64,000 nucleotides of DNA from an uncultured Halioglobus sp. (GTDB lineage Bacteria; Pseudomonadota; Gammaproteobacteria; Pseudomonadales; Halieaceae). The notes beneath the pieces were generated by a model. The model worked only from the letters and a program-made list of their open reading frames with translations. It had not been told where the DNA came from and did no database searches. Below are positions 51,289 to 60,084 of the stretch, in pieces (position 1 is the first letter of the stretch; each line of letters begins with the position of its first letter). The position numbers and the translations under genes are program-made. The stretch spans positions 83,307 through 147,306 of the forward strand of contig CAZFJQ010000002.1 of the NCBI GenBank assembly GCA_964519755.1, read 5' to 3'.

Positions 51289-51491
51289 TGGATCAGTTTT
51301 GCGCCAACCAAAGCGATCAGGCAACTCCACAACAGCAGCATAAGGGCAATGCGCCACTTCGGAGCGGGCGTTGCCGCGGCCTGTTGATCTGTTGGCCGTC
51401 TCACCATGTTAAATGAGCCACAGGCGGGGCACTCGCCCACCTGACCACTCGTCTTGCCGCGGTAGCTGCAGTCTTTACACAAGTAGGCCAT
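51285..51491 (-). CDS. Small zinc-ribbon protein with a C-terminal TM helix
   Basis: MAYLCKDCSYRGKTSGQVGECPACGSFNMV has CxxC-N15-CxxC. A linker and the hydrophobic helix WRIALMLLLWSCLIALVGA follow. It is wedged 5 nt after the VWA gene and overlaps the DUF1631 start. Confidence 0.5.
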   Translation of the reverse strand: MAYLCKDCSYRGKTSGQVGECPACGSFNMVRRPTDQQAAATPAPKWRIALMLLLWSCLIALVGAKLIQ

Positions 51492-51496
51492 GGGCG

Positions 51497-52939
51497 TTAT
51501 CGAGTACTCTTCAGCAGTTGGTCGATGATGCGCTCCAACTGCTTAAGGTTATTGCATTCGGCGCTAAAATGACAGGCGCTTTGGTAGCGCAGCATTTCCG
51601 AGTCGCCGCTGCCCCAGGACCTGCGTGACTCCGGGTTCAGCCAGATAAGCTGTTTGCTCCGCTGGTAGATGCTCTGCAGTAGATCGAGGCGCGGTTCGCC
51701 ATGGTTGTTGCGCGCATCACCGAGGACAATAACGGTGGTGTTGCTGTTAATGTCATCCATGGCGAGTGAGGCAAAATCCAGCAGGCTGCTGCCGTAATCG
51801 GTTGCGCCGCCATACTTCCGGTTGATGAGTTCTATAGCCTCTTCGACTGAGTAGTCCTCAAAGTAGTTGCTAACTTCGCCCAGGTGACTGGAAAAAGCGA
51901 AACTTCGCACCTTGGGCAGGACGTCCTGGAGGCTGTAGAGAAAAAGCAGCAGAAATTTGGCATAGGCTGCAACCGAGCCGCTCACATCACAGACGGCGAG
52001 TATCTGCGGCTTCTCTTTCCTGGCGCGCCGCCAGTGGAGGTCGAACATCACACCGTCGTTGGCGATTCCCCTGCGCAGTGTCCGGGGCATGTTCAGTTGG
52101 CCCCGTTTTTGTCGCCGCCGCCTGGGTGAATGGCGGCTCGCCAGCTTTCGGGCCATTTTTCGGATGAGTTCCTGCACCTTGTGCAGGTAGACATGCTCGA
52201 TATTGTTGAGGCGAACCCCGCTCAGGATATCGTCCATGAACTGGCGGGAGCGACCCTCGGCGTGCAGGAGGTACTCGCGTTCCACATAGTCTCTCACCTG
52301 CTCGCGGAGCACATCGCGATAGCGCTGCACCAGTGGAAGCGCCGGGTTCCCGGACTGCTCCAGCTCAACCACCGCGTCGCGAATATGCTGCTCGCCCAGT
52401 GCATCCAGCATGCGCCTGGTGAACTGGCCTTTTTGCGTGAACATCTGCATATCGGCAAGCCCCGCCTCCCGGGCTGCCTGGCCCATTGCCATCGCCATCG
52501 CGTTGCGATCATTGTGCAGCAGGTTGTGCATCAGGCTGGATTGCATCAGCGCGCTCAGGGCGGGGCTTTCTTCCGCGGCCTTGCTGAGGGTCTCGAAATG
52601 CGGCTCCGGATCGCTGCCCGTCGCAGTGGCCGCTGCTGCGTCCGTTCCTTCCGTGGGATACTCCGTGTTGGCGTCACTCGCTTGCCCGGGGCTGGTGGTG
52701 TCCGATGGTAGCGCGTAGTTCGCCAGGTCCAGCCCGAAAAAATCGTCGAAGCATTGCAGGAAGATAGCTTCTTCCTCCGGAGTCTTCGCCAGTGTCATTG
52801 CCAGGCCGTCACGCAGCAGGGCGCGGTCTGTGTAGCCAAGCGTCGAGGCGACGTCTACCGCATCCAGGGTTTCCGCCGGAGACACGCGCACCTCGTGGCT
52901 GCGCAGTACCTGGATAAAACTGACCAGGCTGGACTGCAT
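51497..52939 (-). CDS. VWA domain protein, CoxE-like
   Basis: The N-terminus FIQVLRSHEVRVSPAETLDAVDVASTLGY is typical of CoxE-like proteins. The C-terminal VWA has the MIDAS motif (VCDVSGSV) and ...VIVLGDARNN. Confidence 0.8.
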   Translation of the reverse strand: MQSSLVSFIQVLRSHEVRVSPAETLDAVDVASTLGYTDRALLRDGLAMTLAKTPEEEAIFLQCFDDFFGLDLANYALPSDTTSPGQASDANTEYPTEGTDAAAATATGSDPEPHFETLSKAAEESPALSALMQSSLMHNLLHNDRNAMAMAMGQAAREAGLADMQMFTQKGQFTRRMLDALGEQHIRDAVVELEQSGNPALPLVQRYRDVLREQVRDYVEREYLLHAEGRSRQFMDDILSGVRLNNIEHVYLHKVQELIRKMARKLASRHSPRRRRQKRGQLNMPRTLRRGIANDGVMFDLHWRRARKEKPQILAVCDVSGSVAAYAKFLLLFLYSLQDVLPKVRSFAFSSHLGEVSNYFEDYSVEEAIELINRKYGGATDYGSSLLDFASLAMDDINSNTTVIVLGDARNNHGEPRLDLLQSIYQRSKQLIWLNPESRRSWGSGDSEMLRYQSACHFSAECNNLKQLERIIDQLLKSTR

Positions 52940-52977
52940 GCCGCCCGGCGTGCGGATTTCAACTGGCGTTCGCGTGT

Positions 52978-53940
52978 TCAGCCTGTTTCACCGCTGGCGC
53001 TTTCTTTTCTGCACTCGCGAACCATGTTGCCCAGGTTGGCCTCCGTACTCTGGATGTCCTCCTCGAACTTCAGCAGCACGTTCAGTGTGCTGCGCACAAG
53101 CTCTGTTTCGAGTTGATCCGCGTGCAGCAGCAGAAGGCTGCGGGCCCAGTCTATGGTTTCGGAAATGGCGGGCGCCTTTTTCAGATCGAGCTGTCGCAGT
53201 GAGTGCACGAATTCGACCAGCTGGTGACGAAGTCTCTCGTCCACGTTGGGTACCCGGCTACGAATAATCCGCTCCTCCAGGCCAACCGTCGGAAACGGAA
53301 TGTACAGGTGCAAGCAGCGGCGTTTGAGTGCGTCTGAAATGTCACGCGTATTGTTGCTGGTGAGAAACACCATCGGCGTCGTGCGCGCCTTTACTGTTCC
53401 GATCTCGGGTATGGAGATCTGGTAGTCTGAGAGTATTTCGAGCAGCAGGGACTCGAACTCGTAATCGGATTTGTCTATCTCGTCGATCAGCAGAATGGCG
53501 CCTTTTTCCTGCTGCATTGCTTTCAGCAGCGGTCGCGGCTCCAGAAAATCCTCGGAGTAGAAAATATCGCCGAACTGGTGCAGGCGCTGGACGGACTCCG
53601 CCAGTCCCTTGGCGCCCTGCAGGAGGTCGCCGAGCTTTTCCTTGAGTACCTGCGTGTACAGGAGCTGTTTGCCGTACTTCCATTCGTACAGTGCCTTGGC
53701 CTCATCCAGGCCCTCGTAACACTGCAGGCGAATGAGCGGGGTACCCAGCAACAGGGCGGTGGTTTTGGCCAGCTCGGTCTTGCCCACACCAGGGGGGCCT
53801 TCAACCAGTATCGGTTTACGCAACTGGAAGGCGAGAAAGACGGCTGTGGCAATTTTGCGGCTGCAAATATAGCCGTGCGACTCAAAACCCTGTTCTATCT
53901 GCTGCACCGATGCGAGCTGTGGGAAATCTTCTGGCTTCAC
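52978..53940 (-). CDS. MoxR-class AAA+ ATPase (CoxD-like subgroup)
   Basis: Walker A is VEGPPGVGKTELAK, Walker B is ILLIDEIDK, and sensor/arginine-finger-type residues follow (LTSNNTRDISDALKRRC). It is 320 aa and lies upstream of the VWA partner. Confidence 0.85.
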   Translation of the reverse strand: MKPEDFPQLASVQQIEQGFESHGYICSRKIATAVFLAFQLRKPILVEGPPGVGKTELAKTTALLLGTPLIRLQCYEGLDEAKALYEWKYGKQLLYTQVLKEKLGDLLQGAKGLAESVQRLHQFGDIFYSEDFLEPRPLLKAMQQEKGAILLIDEIDKSDYEFESLLLEILSDYQISIPEIGTVKARTTPMVFLTSNNTRDISDALKRRCLHLYIPFPTVGLEERIIRSRVPNVDERLRHQLVEFVHSLRQLDLKKAPAISETIDWARSLLLLHADQLETELVRSTLNVLLKFEEDIQSTEANLGNMVRECRKESASGETG

Positions 53941-54022
53941 GTGCGTGCCTCAATCCGGGGGCTTTGCATTGTACGCGATTGAATATCGTCCGGCACCGGG
54001 CGCGATCTGTCGCGGGCTGCAA

Positions 54023-55033
54023 TCAGCCGCCGGTGGTGCTCATGAAGCGCACGATATCGGGCTCCGCTTCAAGGTCGAAGTGGTGACGCTCCGGTTTCAG
54101 CGCCATGGCGTCGATGATGGCTGAGCGCAGCCTTTCACGGGAGTAGCCCGGCGCGCGCAAGACCGCGCGCAGGTCACAGGAGTGCTCGTTTCCCAGGCAG
54201 AGTAGCAGCCTGCCCTGTGCCGTAACGCGCACACGGTTGCACAGGTGGCAGAAGTTGTGGCTGTGCGGCGAAATAAAGCCCACGCGAGACGGGCTGTCGG
54301 GCATGCGATAAAAGCGAGCGGGGCCCGCGGCCTGGGTCGGGCTGTCCTGGGCGTGCAGCGTGTAGTGTTTGCTCAGGAGGTCGCGCAACTCATCGCTGCT
54401 GAGAAAGGTCGCGGCGCGATTGTGCTCATCGATCATACCCAGCGGCATCTCCTCGATGAAAGCGATATCGATAGCGCGCGCGCGTGCAAACGCTACCAGG
54501 TCGATAACTTCGTCTTCATTGCGACCCCGGAGTATGACCGCGTTGAGGCGGATGCCCGCGAAGCCCGCAGCGACGGCTGCGTCAATGCCCGCGAGCACCT
54601 GCTCGAGATTGCCAAAACGGGTTAGGTGACGAAATTTACGCGGTTGCAGGCTATCGAGGCTGATATTGATGCGCTGGACACCGGCTTCGCGAAGTTCCGC
54701 GGCCAGTCTTTGCAGTTGCGAGCCGTTGGTGGTCAGCACCAGTTGCTCGAGACCCGGCATGGCGCCCAGGTCGCGTATGAGTGACAGCACATTGTTGCGT
54801 ACCAGGGGTTCACCACCGGTCAGCCGGATCTTGCGAGCGCCGAGACCGACGAATACCTCCGCCACTTCCCGCAACTCCTCCAGGGTCAGTACTTCGGCTT
54901 TGGGCGCAAAGTGCATGTCTTCCGCCATGCAATAGACACAGCGAAAATCGCAGCGGTCGGTGACAGAGAGACGGACGTAGTCGACGCGCCGGCCAAAACG
55001 ATCAATGAGTGGTTGCGAGAGAGCCTGGTTCAT
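54023..55033 (-). CDS. moaA: GTP 3',8-cyclase MoaA (radical SAM)
   Basis: [17 protein letters not shown] is the CxxxCxxC cluster. There is a C-terminal second-cluster Cys triad ([10 protein letters not shown]) and a GG C-terminus. Confidence 0.95.
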   Translation of the reverse strand: MNQALSQPLIDRFGRRVDYVRLSVTDRCDFRCVYCMAEDMHFAPKAEVLTLEELREVAEVFVGLGARKIRLTGGEPLVRNNVLSLIRDLGAMPGLEQLVLTTNGSQLQRLAAELREAGVQRINISLDSLQPRKFRHLTRFGNLEQVLAGIDAAVAAGFAGIRLNAVILRGRNEDEVIDLVAFARARAIDIAFIEEMPLGMIDEHNRAATFLSSDELRDLLSKHYTLHAQDSPTQAAGPARFYRMPDSPSRVGFISPHSHNFCHLCNRVRVTAQGRLLLCLGNEHSCDLRAVLRAPGYSRERLRSAIIDAMALKPERHHFDLEAEPDIVRFMSTTGG

Positions 55034-55189
55034 GCGTGGAGTCTAGCGCCTGCCAGCGGTGGGTGCCAGCGGGCTGCGCGTCCCGGACTACGCGTCCCGG
55101 ACTTTACACGCCCGGTGTGCTCAGACAGGATGCAAACCGGGGATGAGTGTGACAGCAGCCCCTATACAAGCCTGACAGGAGAGAGATTC

Positions 55190-56569
55190 TTGACCGTGAC
55201 GCGTTCTGTGGCCCTTTGGCTGGGTCCGCTGGCGGCGGCCTGCGCCGCACTGGCCTGCCAGTGGGCCGGTTATACCGAGGATATGGCGGTGGTGGCGGCA
55301 GTGGCGGTTCTGTGCGTGCTCTGGTGGGTCTTTGAGCCGGTACCGATCCCGGTGACTTCCCTGGTACCGCTGGCGGTGCTGCCCCTGTTGGGAGTGCTGA
55401 CACCGGCGGAAGTGGGGCAGGCTTATGGTTCGCCGCTCATTCTGCTGCTGCTGGGGGGCTTCCTGCTGTCCAAGGGCATGGAGCACAGCGGGGCGCATCG
55501 GCGTATTGCACTGTCGATGATCCACCTGTTCGGCGCCAGCAGTGGTCGCCGGCTGGTCATGGGATTCATGGCGGCGGCGGCCGTATTGAGTATGTGGATA
55601 TCCAATACGGCGACCACGCTGATGCTGTTGCCTGTGGCACTGGCCTTATTGGACGCGGTTGAAGACAAGGCGCGCCTGGCGCCTCCGCTGCTGCTGGGCC
55701 TTGCCTATGCGGCCAGTGTGGGAGGTGTGGGTACGCCAATCGGTACACCGCCGAATCTGATTTTTATGCAGGTCTACGAGCAGACCACCGGGCGGTCAAT
55801 CAGCTTCAGCCAGTGGATGAGTTGGGCGCTCCCCGTTGTGATCCTGCTGGTACCGATTATGGCGCTTTACCTGACGCGCAACCTGAAGGGCGGTTTGCAA
55901 ATCAATCTGCCGGAGGTTGGCGCCTGGCGCACTGAGGAGCGTCGGGTGATGCTGGTGTTTGGCTTGACAGCGCTGGCCTGGATAACGCGCAGCGAGCCCT
56001 TCGGTGGCTGGAAAACCTGGTTCAATCTTCCGGGTGCAAACGACGCATCGGTGGCGCTATTGGCTGTTGTGCTGTTGTTCGTCATCCCCGACGGTAAAGG
56101 CCAGCGCCTGCTCAACTGGGAGCGGGCGAGCAGCATCCCCTGGGGCGTACTGCTGCTATTTTCCGGGGGAATCTGTCTCGCACAGGGGTTTGTCAACTCC
56201 GGGCTGAGCGATCTGTTGGGGTTGTGGCTGGCAGACATGGCGAGCCTGCCGACCTACCTGCTGATCCTGCTGATCTGCCTCACCGTCACCTTTATGACAG
56301 AGACCACCTCCAACACTGCCAGCACCACTTTGCTGATGCCCGTTCTGGCTGCCGCGGCGTTGGCCGCGGGTATCGCGCCCGAGCAGATAATGGTGCCCGC
56401 CGCGATCAGCGCCAGTTGCGCCTTTATGTTGCCAGTGGCTACTGCTCCCAACTCGGTGGTTTTCGGCAGCGGCATGCTCACCACCGCGCGCATGGCGCGC
56501 GAGGGGGTGACGCTGAACCTGGTCGGCGCGGTCGTGATCAGCCTGGTCTGCTATACATTGGTCAACTGA
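55190..56569 (+). CDS. SLC13/DASS family anion:sodium symporter
   Basis: A polytopic membrane protein with the duplicated SNT hairpin motifs (WISNTATTLMLLP and TTSNTASTTLLMP). The preferred start is the TTG at 55190, preceded by AGGAGAGAG. The upstream part of ORF 54911.. is antisense to moaA. Confidence 0.8.
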   Translation: MTVTRSVALWLGPLAAACAALACQWAGYTEDMAVVAAVAVLCVLWWVFEPVPIPVTSLVPLAVLPLLGVLTPAEVGQAYGSPLILLLLGGFLLSKGMEHSGAHRRIALSMIHLFGASSGRRLVMGFMAAAAVLSMWISNTATTLMLLPVALALLDAVEDKARLAPPLLLGLAYAASVGGVGTPIGTPPNLIFMQVYEQTTGRSISFSQWMSWALPVVILLVPIMALYLTRNLKGGLQINLPEVGAWRTEERRVMLVFGLTALAWITRSEPFGGWKTWFNLPGANDASVALLAVVLLFVIPDGKGQRLLNWERASSIPWGVLLLFSGGICLAQGFVNSGLSDLLGLWLADMASLPTYLLILLICLTVTFMTETTSNTASTTLLMPVLAAAALAAGIAPEQIMVPAAISASCAFMLPVATAPNSVVFGSGMLTTARMAREGVTLNLVGAVVISLVCYTLVN

Positions 56570-56601
56570 CGCGCACTGGCAGTTGCGAGCTGCTGTAACT
56601 G

Positions 56602-57081
56602 CTATAACTGCGCCATGATGGTTTCCGCAGAGCTCACGTCGACGCCTGGACCTTCTTCCACGTTGAGTGCGGTAACCGTGCCGTTCTCCACGATCATTGC
56701 GAAGCGCTGGCTACGGGTGCCGAGGCCGAAGCCGCTGCCGTCGAGTTCTAGCCCCAGTGCGGCGGTGAAATCCCCGTTGCCATCGGCGAGCATGAGCAAC
56801 TCCTGAGCATTCTGCGCCTCGCCCCACGCATCCATCACGAAGGCGTCGTTTACCGCCATGCAGGCAATGGTGTCCACGCCTTTCGCCTTGATTTTATCGG
56901 CATTGACCACGTAACCAGGCAGATGCGTCAAGCTGCAGCCTGGCGTGAATGCACCGGGTACAGCGAACAGGACGACCTTCTTGCCGGAGAAAATGTCGTC
57001 CGTGCTGATGTCCTGCGGACCTTTTTCGCCCATGGTTTTCAGTGTGCAAGGGGGGATGGTATCGCCAGTTTTAATGCTCAT
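56602..57081 (-). CDS. Peroxiredoxin, Prx5 subfamily
   Basis: Trimmed to MSIKTGDTIPPCTLKTM. It has the active site VPGAFTPGCS and is 159 aa. Confidence 0.9.
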   Translation of the reverse strand: MSIKTGDTIPPCTLKTMGEKGPQDISTDDIFSGKKVVLFAVPGAFTPGCSLTHLPGYVVNADKIKAKGVDTIACMAVNDAFVMDAWGEAQNAQELLMLADGNGDFTAALGLELDGSGFGLGTRSQRFAMIVENGTVTALNVEEGPGVDVSSAETIMAQL

Positions 57082-57134
57082 GTTACGCTCCTTGATGGTG
57101 GGGTTAGCGAGAAAGTGAACAGGGATGATAGCAG

Positions 57135-57782
57135 ATGGCTGTTGAAACACACTGTCCCCTGTGTGATGGCGAACAGCTGGCTGCCTACAGCCGCGACCGC
57201 TATCGCGAGTACCTGCAATGTGGCGACTGCGAGCTGGTATTCGTACCGGCGGAATCGCGGTTGAGCCTGTCAGCCGAGCGTGCTGTATACGATTTGCATA
57301 ACAATCGGGTTGACGACCCGGGCTACCGCGGCTTTCTCTCCCGCCTCTCGACACCCCTGATGGCGCGGTTGCCGCCGCCCGCCCGCGGCCTGGATTTTGG
57401 TTGTGGTCCGGGGCCGGCGCTCGCGCACATGCTGGAGGAGGCAGGCTACAGTGTCGCGGTCTACGACCCGTACTATGCGCCGGGTGAGCACGTGTTGGCG
57501 CGATCCTACGATTTTGTCACTGCAACAGAAGTCGTGGAGCACCTTCACCGCCCGGGTTGGGAGCTGGAGCGACTATGGTCGCTACTTGAGCCGGGCGGGT
57601 GGCTCGGTGTGATGACCAAGCGGGTGCTCAATCGGGCGGCTTTTGACAGGTGGCACTACCGCAACGACCCGACGCATGTCTGTTTTTTCAGTATTGCCAC
57701 CTGGCAATGGTGGGCTGCGCGCCACGACATAGAGCCCGAATTTCCCGCCGCGGATGTCGTACTGCTGCAACGCCAGCACTGA
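57135..57782 (+). CDS. Class I SAM-dependent methyltransferase with an N-terminal zinc ribbon
   Basis: CPLCDG...CGDCELVF forms the zinc ribbon. Motif I of the SAM-binding fold is LDFGCGPG. Confidence 0.7.
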   Translation: MAVETHCPLCDGEQLAAYSRDRYREYLQCGDCELVFVPAESRLSLSAERAVYDLHNNRVDDPGYRGFLSRLSTPLMARLPPPARGLDFGCGPGPALAHMLEEAGYSVAVYDPYYAPGEHVLARSYDFVTATEVVEHLHRPGWELERLWSLLEPGGWLGVMTKRVLNRAAFDRWHYRNDPTHVCFFSIATWQWWAARHDIEPEFPAADVVLLQRQH

Positions 57783-57803
57783 CGCGTGTCGGCCCCGGGA
57801 AGG

Positions 57804-58460
57804 TCATTCCGCTGCAGCGAGCATGCTGGCGTAAATCGCCTCGCAGTCCCGATAGAATCTGAGCTGCTCGTCACCGAGGTAGGGCGCTACCATGGTGAGT
57901 AGCTGCAGTACGCCCTGGTGAATGGTGATTTCGGGCGAGCGCCCGTCGTGCAACAAGGCCTCGTAGCTGAACCAGAAGGTCATGGCCAGCGTCATGTTGT
58001 CTGCCAGGCCGAGCAGTTGCTGGTCACGTGCGGCGATGACCTCCTGCTGCACAAGCGTTCTGCAAATGGCGTACATGGCCGCGCGTTTCAGCTGTATCAG
58101 TTGGCGAAATCCGGTTTGCACGCGCGGGTAGCGGTGCAGGATGTTGTCGAGATTGTGGTAGAGGAAGCGATACTGGTACATCTCTTCCATGAGAACGTAC
58201 AGGTAGTACCAGTTGGCCTCCACGCCCGCGCGGTCGGTGCTCAGGGGGTTTTCTATCGGTGCGGTCAGCGTGTTGGTCAGCGCCCGTTCATACTGATGGA
58301 ACAGCTCGGCAATGATCTGGTCCTTGCCCTTGAAGTGGTAGTAGAGGTTGCCCGGACTGATATCCAGTTCGGTGGCGATATCCAGTGTGGTCGTCTCCGC
58401 TTCGCCCTCTTCGTTGAACAGCGCCAGGCTGGTGTGCAGAATCCTGTCCCGGGTCTTCAT
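57804..58460 (-). CDS. TetR/AcrR family transcriptional regulator (PhaD-like by context)
   Basis: RDRILHTSLALFNEEGEAETTTLDIATELDISPGNLYYHFKGK is the TetR helix-turn-helix. It starts 12 nt after the phaF-like stop. Confidence 0.85.
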   Translation of the reverse strand: MKTRDRILHTSLALFNEEGEAETTTLDIATELDISPGNLYYHFKGKDQIIAELFHQYERALTNTLTAPIENPLSTDRAGVEANWYYLYVLMEEMYQYRFLYHNLDNILHRYPRVQTGFRQLIQLKRAAMYAICRTLVQQEVIAARDQQLLGLADNMTLAMTFWFSYEALLHDGRSPEITIHQGVLQLLTMVAPYLGDEQLRFYRDCEAIYASMLAAAE

Positions 58461-58472
58461 CCTGGTGGGTCG

Positions 58473-59033
58473 TTAGCTGCGAGGCTCGCTTGCGGGGCTC
58501 GCGCGCCGCTTGCCCGTGGCGGATTTGCCGGAGCCCGCTTTTGTCCTGGCTGATTTTTTTGCTGCAGATTTTTTCTTTGGCGCAGGCTTCTTCTTTGGCG
58601 TGTTCTTTGCTGTGTTCTTTGCCATGGTGCGAGTGCCCGCTTGCGGACGACCCGGAACCTTCAGGCCCTGTTCGTCCAGTGCTTTTGTCAGTGAGTCGAC
58701 CTTGCGGCTGAGCCGCTCCACTTGTTTGGTCAGTGCAATGAGGTCTTCGATGCGGGCGGGGCGCTGCATCTGGAAGTTATCGCGCACGCGGGCGATGCGT
58801 TCTTCCACCGATTGTCGCGCGGACGAGGCACTTCCCAGCGCCTCGCGGGCGTCCTCCTCCAGTGCGCTGCCGGCTTTGACCAGTTCCTTGAATAGTTTGG
58901 GTGGCTCCATCGCCTTCTCCAGCCTGCCATGTGCGTCTTCAACGGCCTTTCCGTAGGCCCCCACTCCGGCGAGCCAGATATTCTTTGCAATTTCACCTGC
59001 CTTGTCGGATACGGTGCTCTTTTCGTCGCTCAT
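58473..59033 (-). CDS. PHA-granule-associated phasin, PhaF-like (C-terminal histone-H1-like K/A/P tail)
   Basis: KNIWLAGVGAYGKAVED...PKLFKELVKAGSALEE...RIEDLIALTKQVERLSRKVDSLTKAL parallels Pseudomonas PhaF. The C-terminus is KKKPAPKKKSAAKKSARTK. Confidence 0.75.
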   Translation of the reverse strand: MSDEKSTVSDKAGEIAKNIWLAGVGAYGKAVEDAHGRLEKAMEPPKLFKELVKAGSALEEDAREALGSASSARQSVEERIARVRDNFQMQRPARIEDLIALTKQVERLSRKVDSLTKALDEQGLKVPGRPQAGTRTMAKNTAKNTPKKKPAPKKKSAAKKSARTKAGSGKSATGKRRASPASEPRS

Positions 59034-59201
59034 GCCGTCTGCCCTCGGTTGTCTGCCGCGGTGGTGACCGGACACTGTGTCCAGTCGGCTATTAGAACAG
59101 ATTAGTACATAAAAAAGTGACTGTGTGTACAGGCGGGAAGGTTAGCCAACGCTAGCGACCCGGGGGGTGCGGGTTCAGGCCGGTAGAGATTGTCGCGCGC
59201 G

Positions 59202-59227
59202 AAAAAAAGGGGCCACGAAGTGGCCCC
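59202..59227 (-). terminator. Rho-independent terminator after the phaI-like gene
   Basis: The minus strand reads GGGGCCAC-TTC-GTGGCCCC followed by TTTTTTT. Confidence 0.8.
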
Positions 59228-59274
59228 ACGTGGCCCCTACTGATGAGGGGCAAGAGGTCCTGGATGGGTGTTGC

Positions 59275-59763
59275 TTACGCGGCACCCCTGAAGCCGACAG
59301 AATTTTTCAGCTCGTCAAAACGAGTGCGTGCCCTGTCAAGCTGGGCTTCCAGCTTCTTGCGATCGGTCAGGCTCTCAAGTTCAAGCTTCGGCAGCTCGAT
59401 ATCGTCGATTCGGCTTTTGGCCTTTTTCTCAACCTTCTCACCACGCTTGACCAGCTCCCGATACAGCTTGTCGGCTTTTTTACGGCGCTCTTCAAGACGC
59501 CCCTGCAGGCTGTCAAACTGTTCCTGTGCCTGATCGAAAGCCTTGCCATAAAAGCCGAGGCCAGCCAGAAACGCTTTGCGGCCTGCTTCCTGGGCTCTTG
59601 CACTGAAATCGGTCGTAGTCTTGCTGGAAGCGGCTTTCTGCGAGGCGGGCCTGCGCTTGGCAGCGGGTTTTTTCGCCGTCGTAGTGGTACGCCCGGGAGC
59701 GGTTTTGCGCTTCGTCGCCGGCTTCCTGGCGGTAGCTTTTTTGCTGGTTGCTTGTGCAGCCAT
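59275..59763 (-). CDS. Phasin family protein, PhaI-like (N-terminal K/A/T-rich basic tail)
   Basis: RKAFLAGLGFYGKAFD...ELVKRGEKVEKKAKSRIDD parallels Pseudomonas PhaI (RKIWLAGLGAYAK...ELVKAGEGVEKRGKKRIDK). An AGGAGA RBS precedes the start. Confidence 0.7.
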   Translation of the reverse strand: MAAQATSKKATARKPATKRKTAPGRTTTTAKKPAAKRRPASQKAASSKTTTDFSARAQEAGRKAFLAGLGFYGKAFDQAQEQFDSLQGRLEERRKKADKLYRELVKRGEKVEKKAKSRIDDIELPKLELESLTDRKKLEAQLDRARTRFDELKNSVGFRGAA

Positions 59764-60084
59764 GTTTCATCTCCTGTTCTGCTATTCGCTGGTTTCTTCA
59801 CCAGATGCGTCGATCTTAGGCAAAAAAATTAGAGTAAACATACTAGAAGGGGGGTTCCCCGGGGCTGGTCCACAAGGGGGTAGCCGCAGATTCCGGCCCC
59901 ACCCTCCCGATCTGATGTCGATTTTCTGCGTATTTTCTTGGGCGGATGCCTGAAATGTAGAACCTCGGGTAGTGGCGCGTGTCTACCTGAGCGGGTACGG
60001 CGCTCGCTGATGAATGATTTGGACGCGAAATGGCCGGGCACGGTAGACTGGCGCGTTGATAGACGTGCGGAAATGGGAGCGGAC

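Noticed and set aside
51497-53940. MoxR/VWA pair as genuine coxD/coxE CO-dehydrogenase maturation genes.
   Set aside because: No coxM/S/L or coxF/G genes occur in the window. The neighbours are moaA on one side and the Zn-ribbon/DUF1631/PilZ genes on the other.
55034-55190. Expected molybdenum-cofactor riboswitch in the moaA leader.
   Set aside because: I could not recognise the conserved Moco-motif segments by eye on the minus strand. Only a covariance-model scan could settle this, so no riboswitch is claimed.
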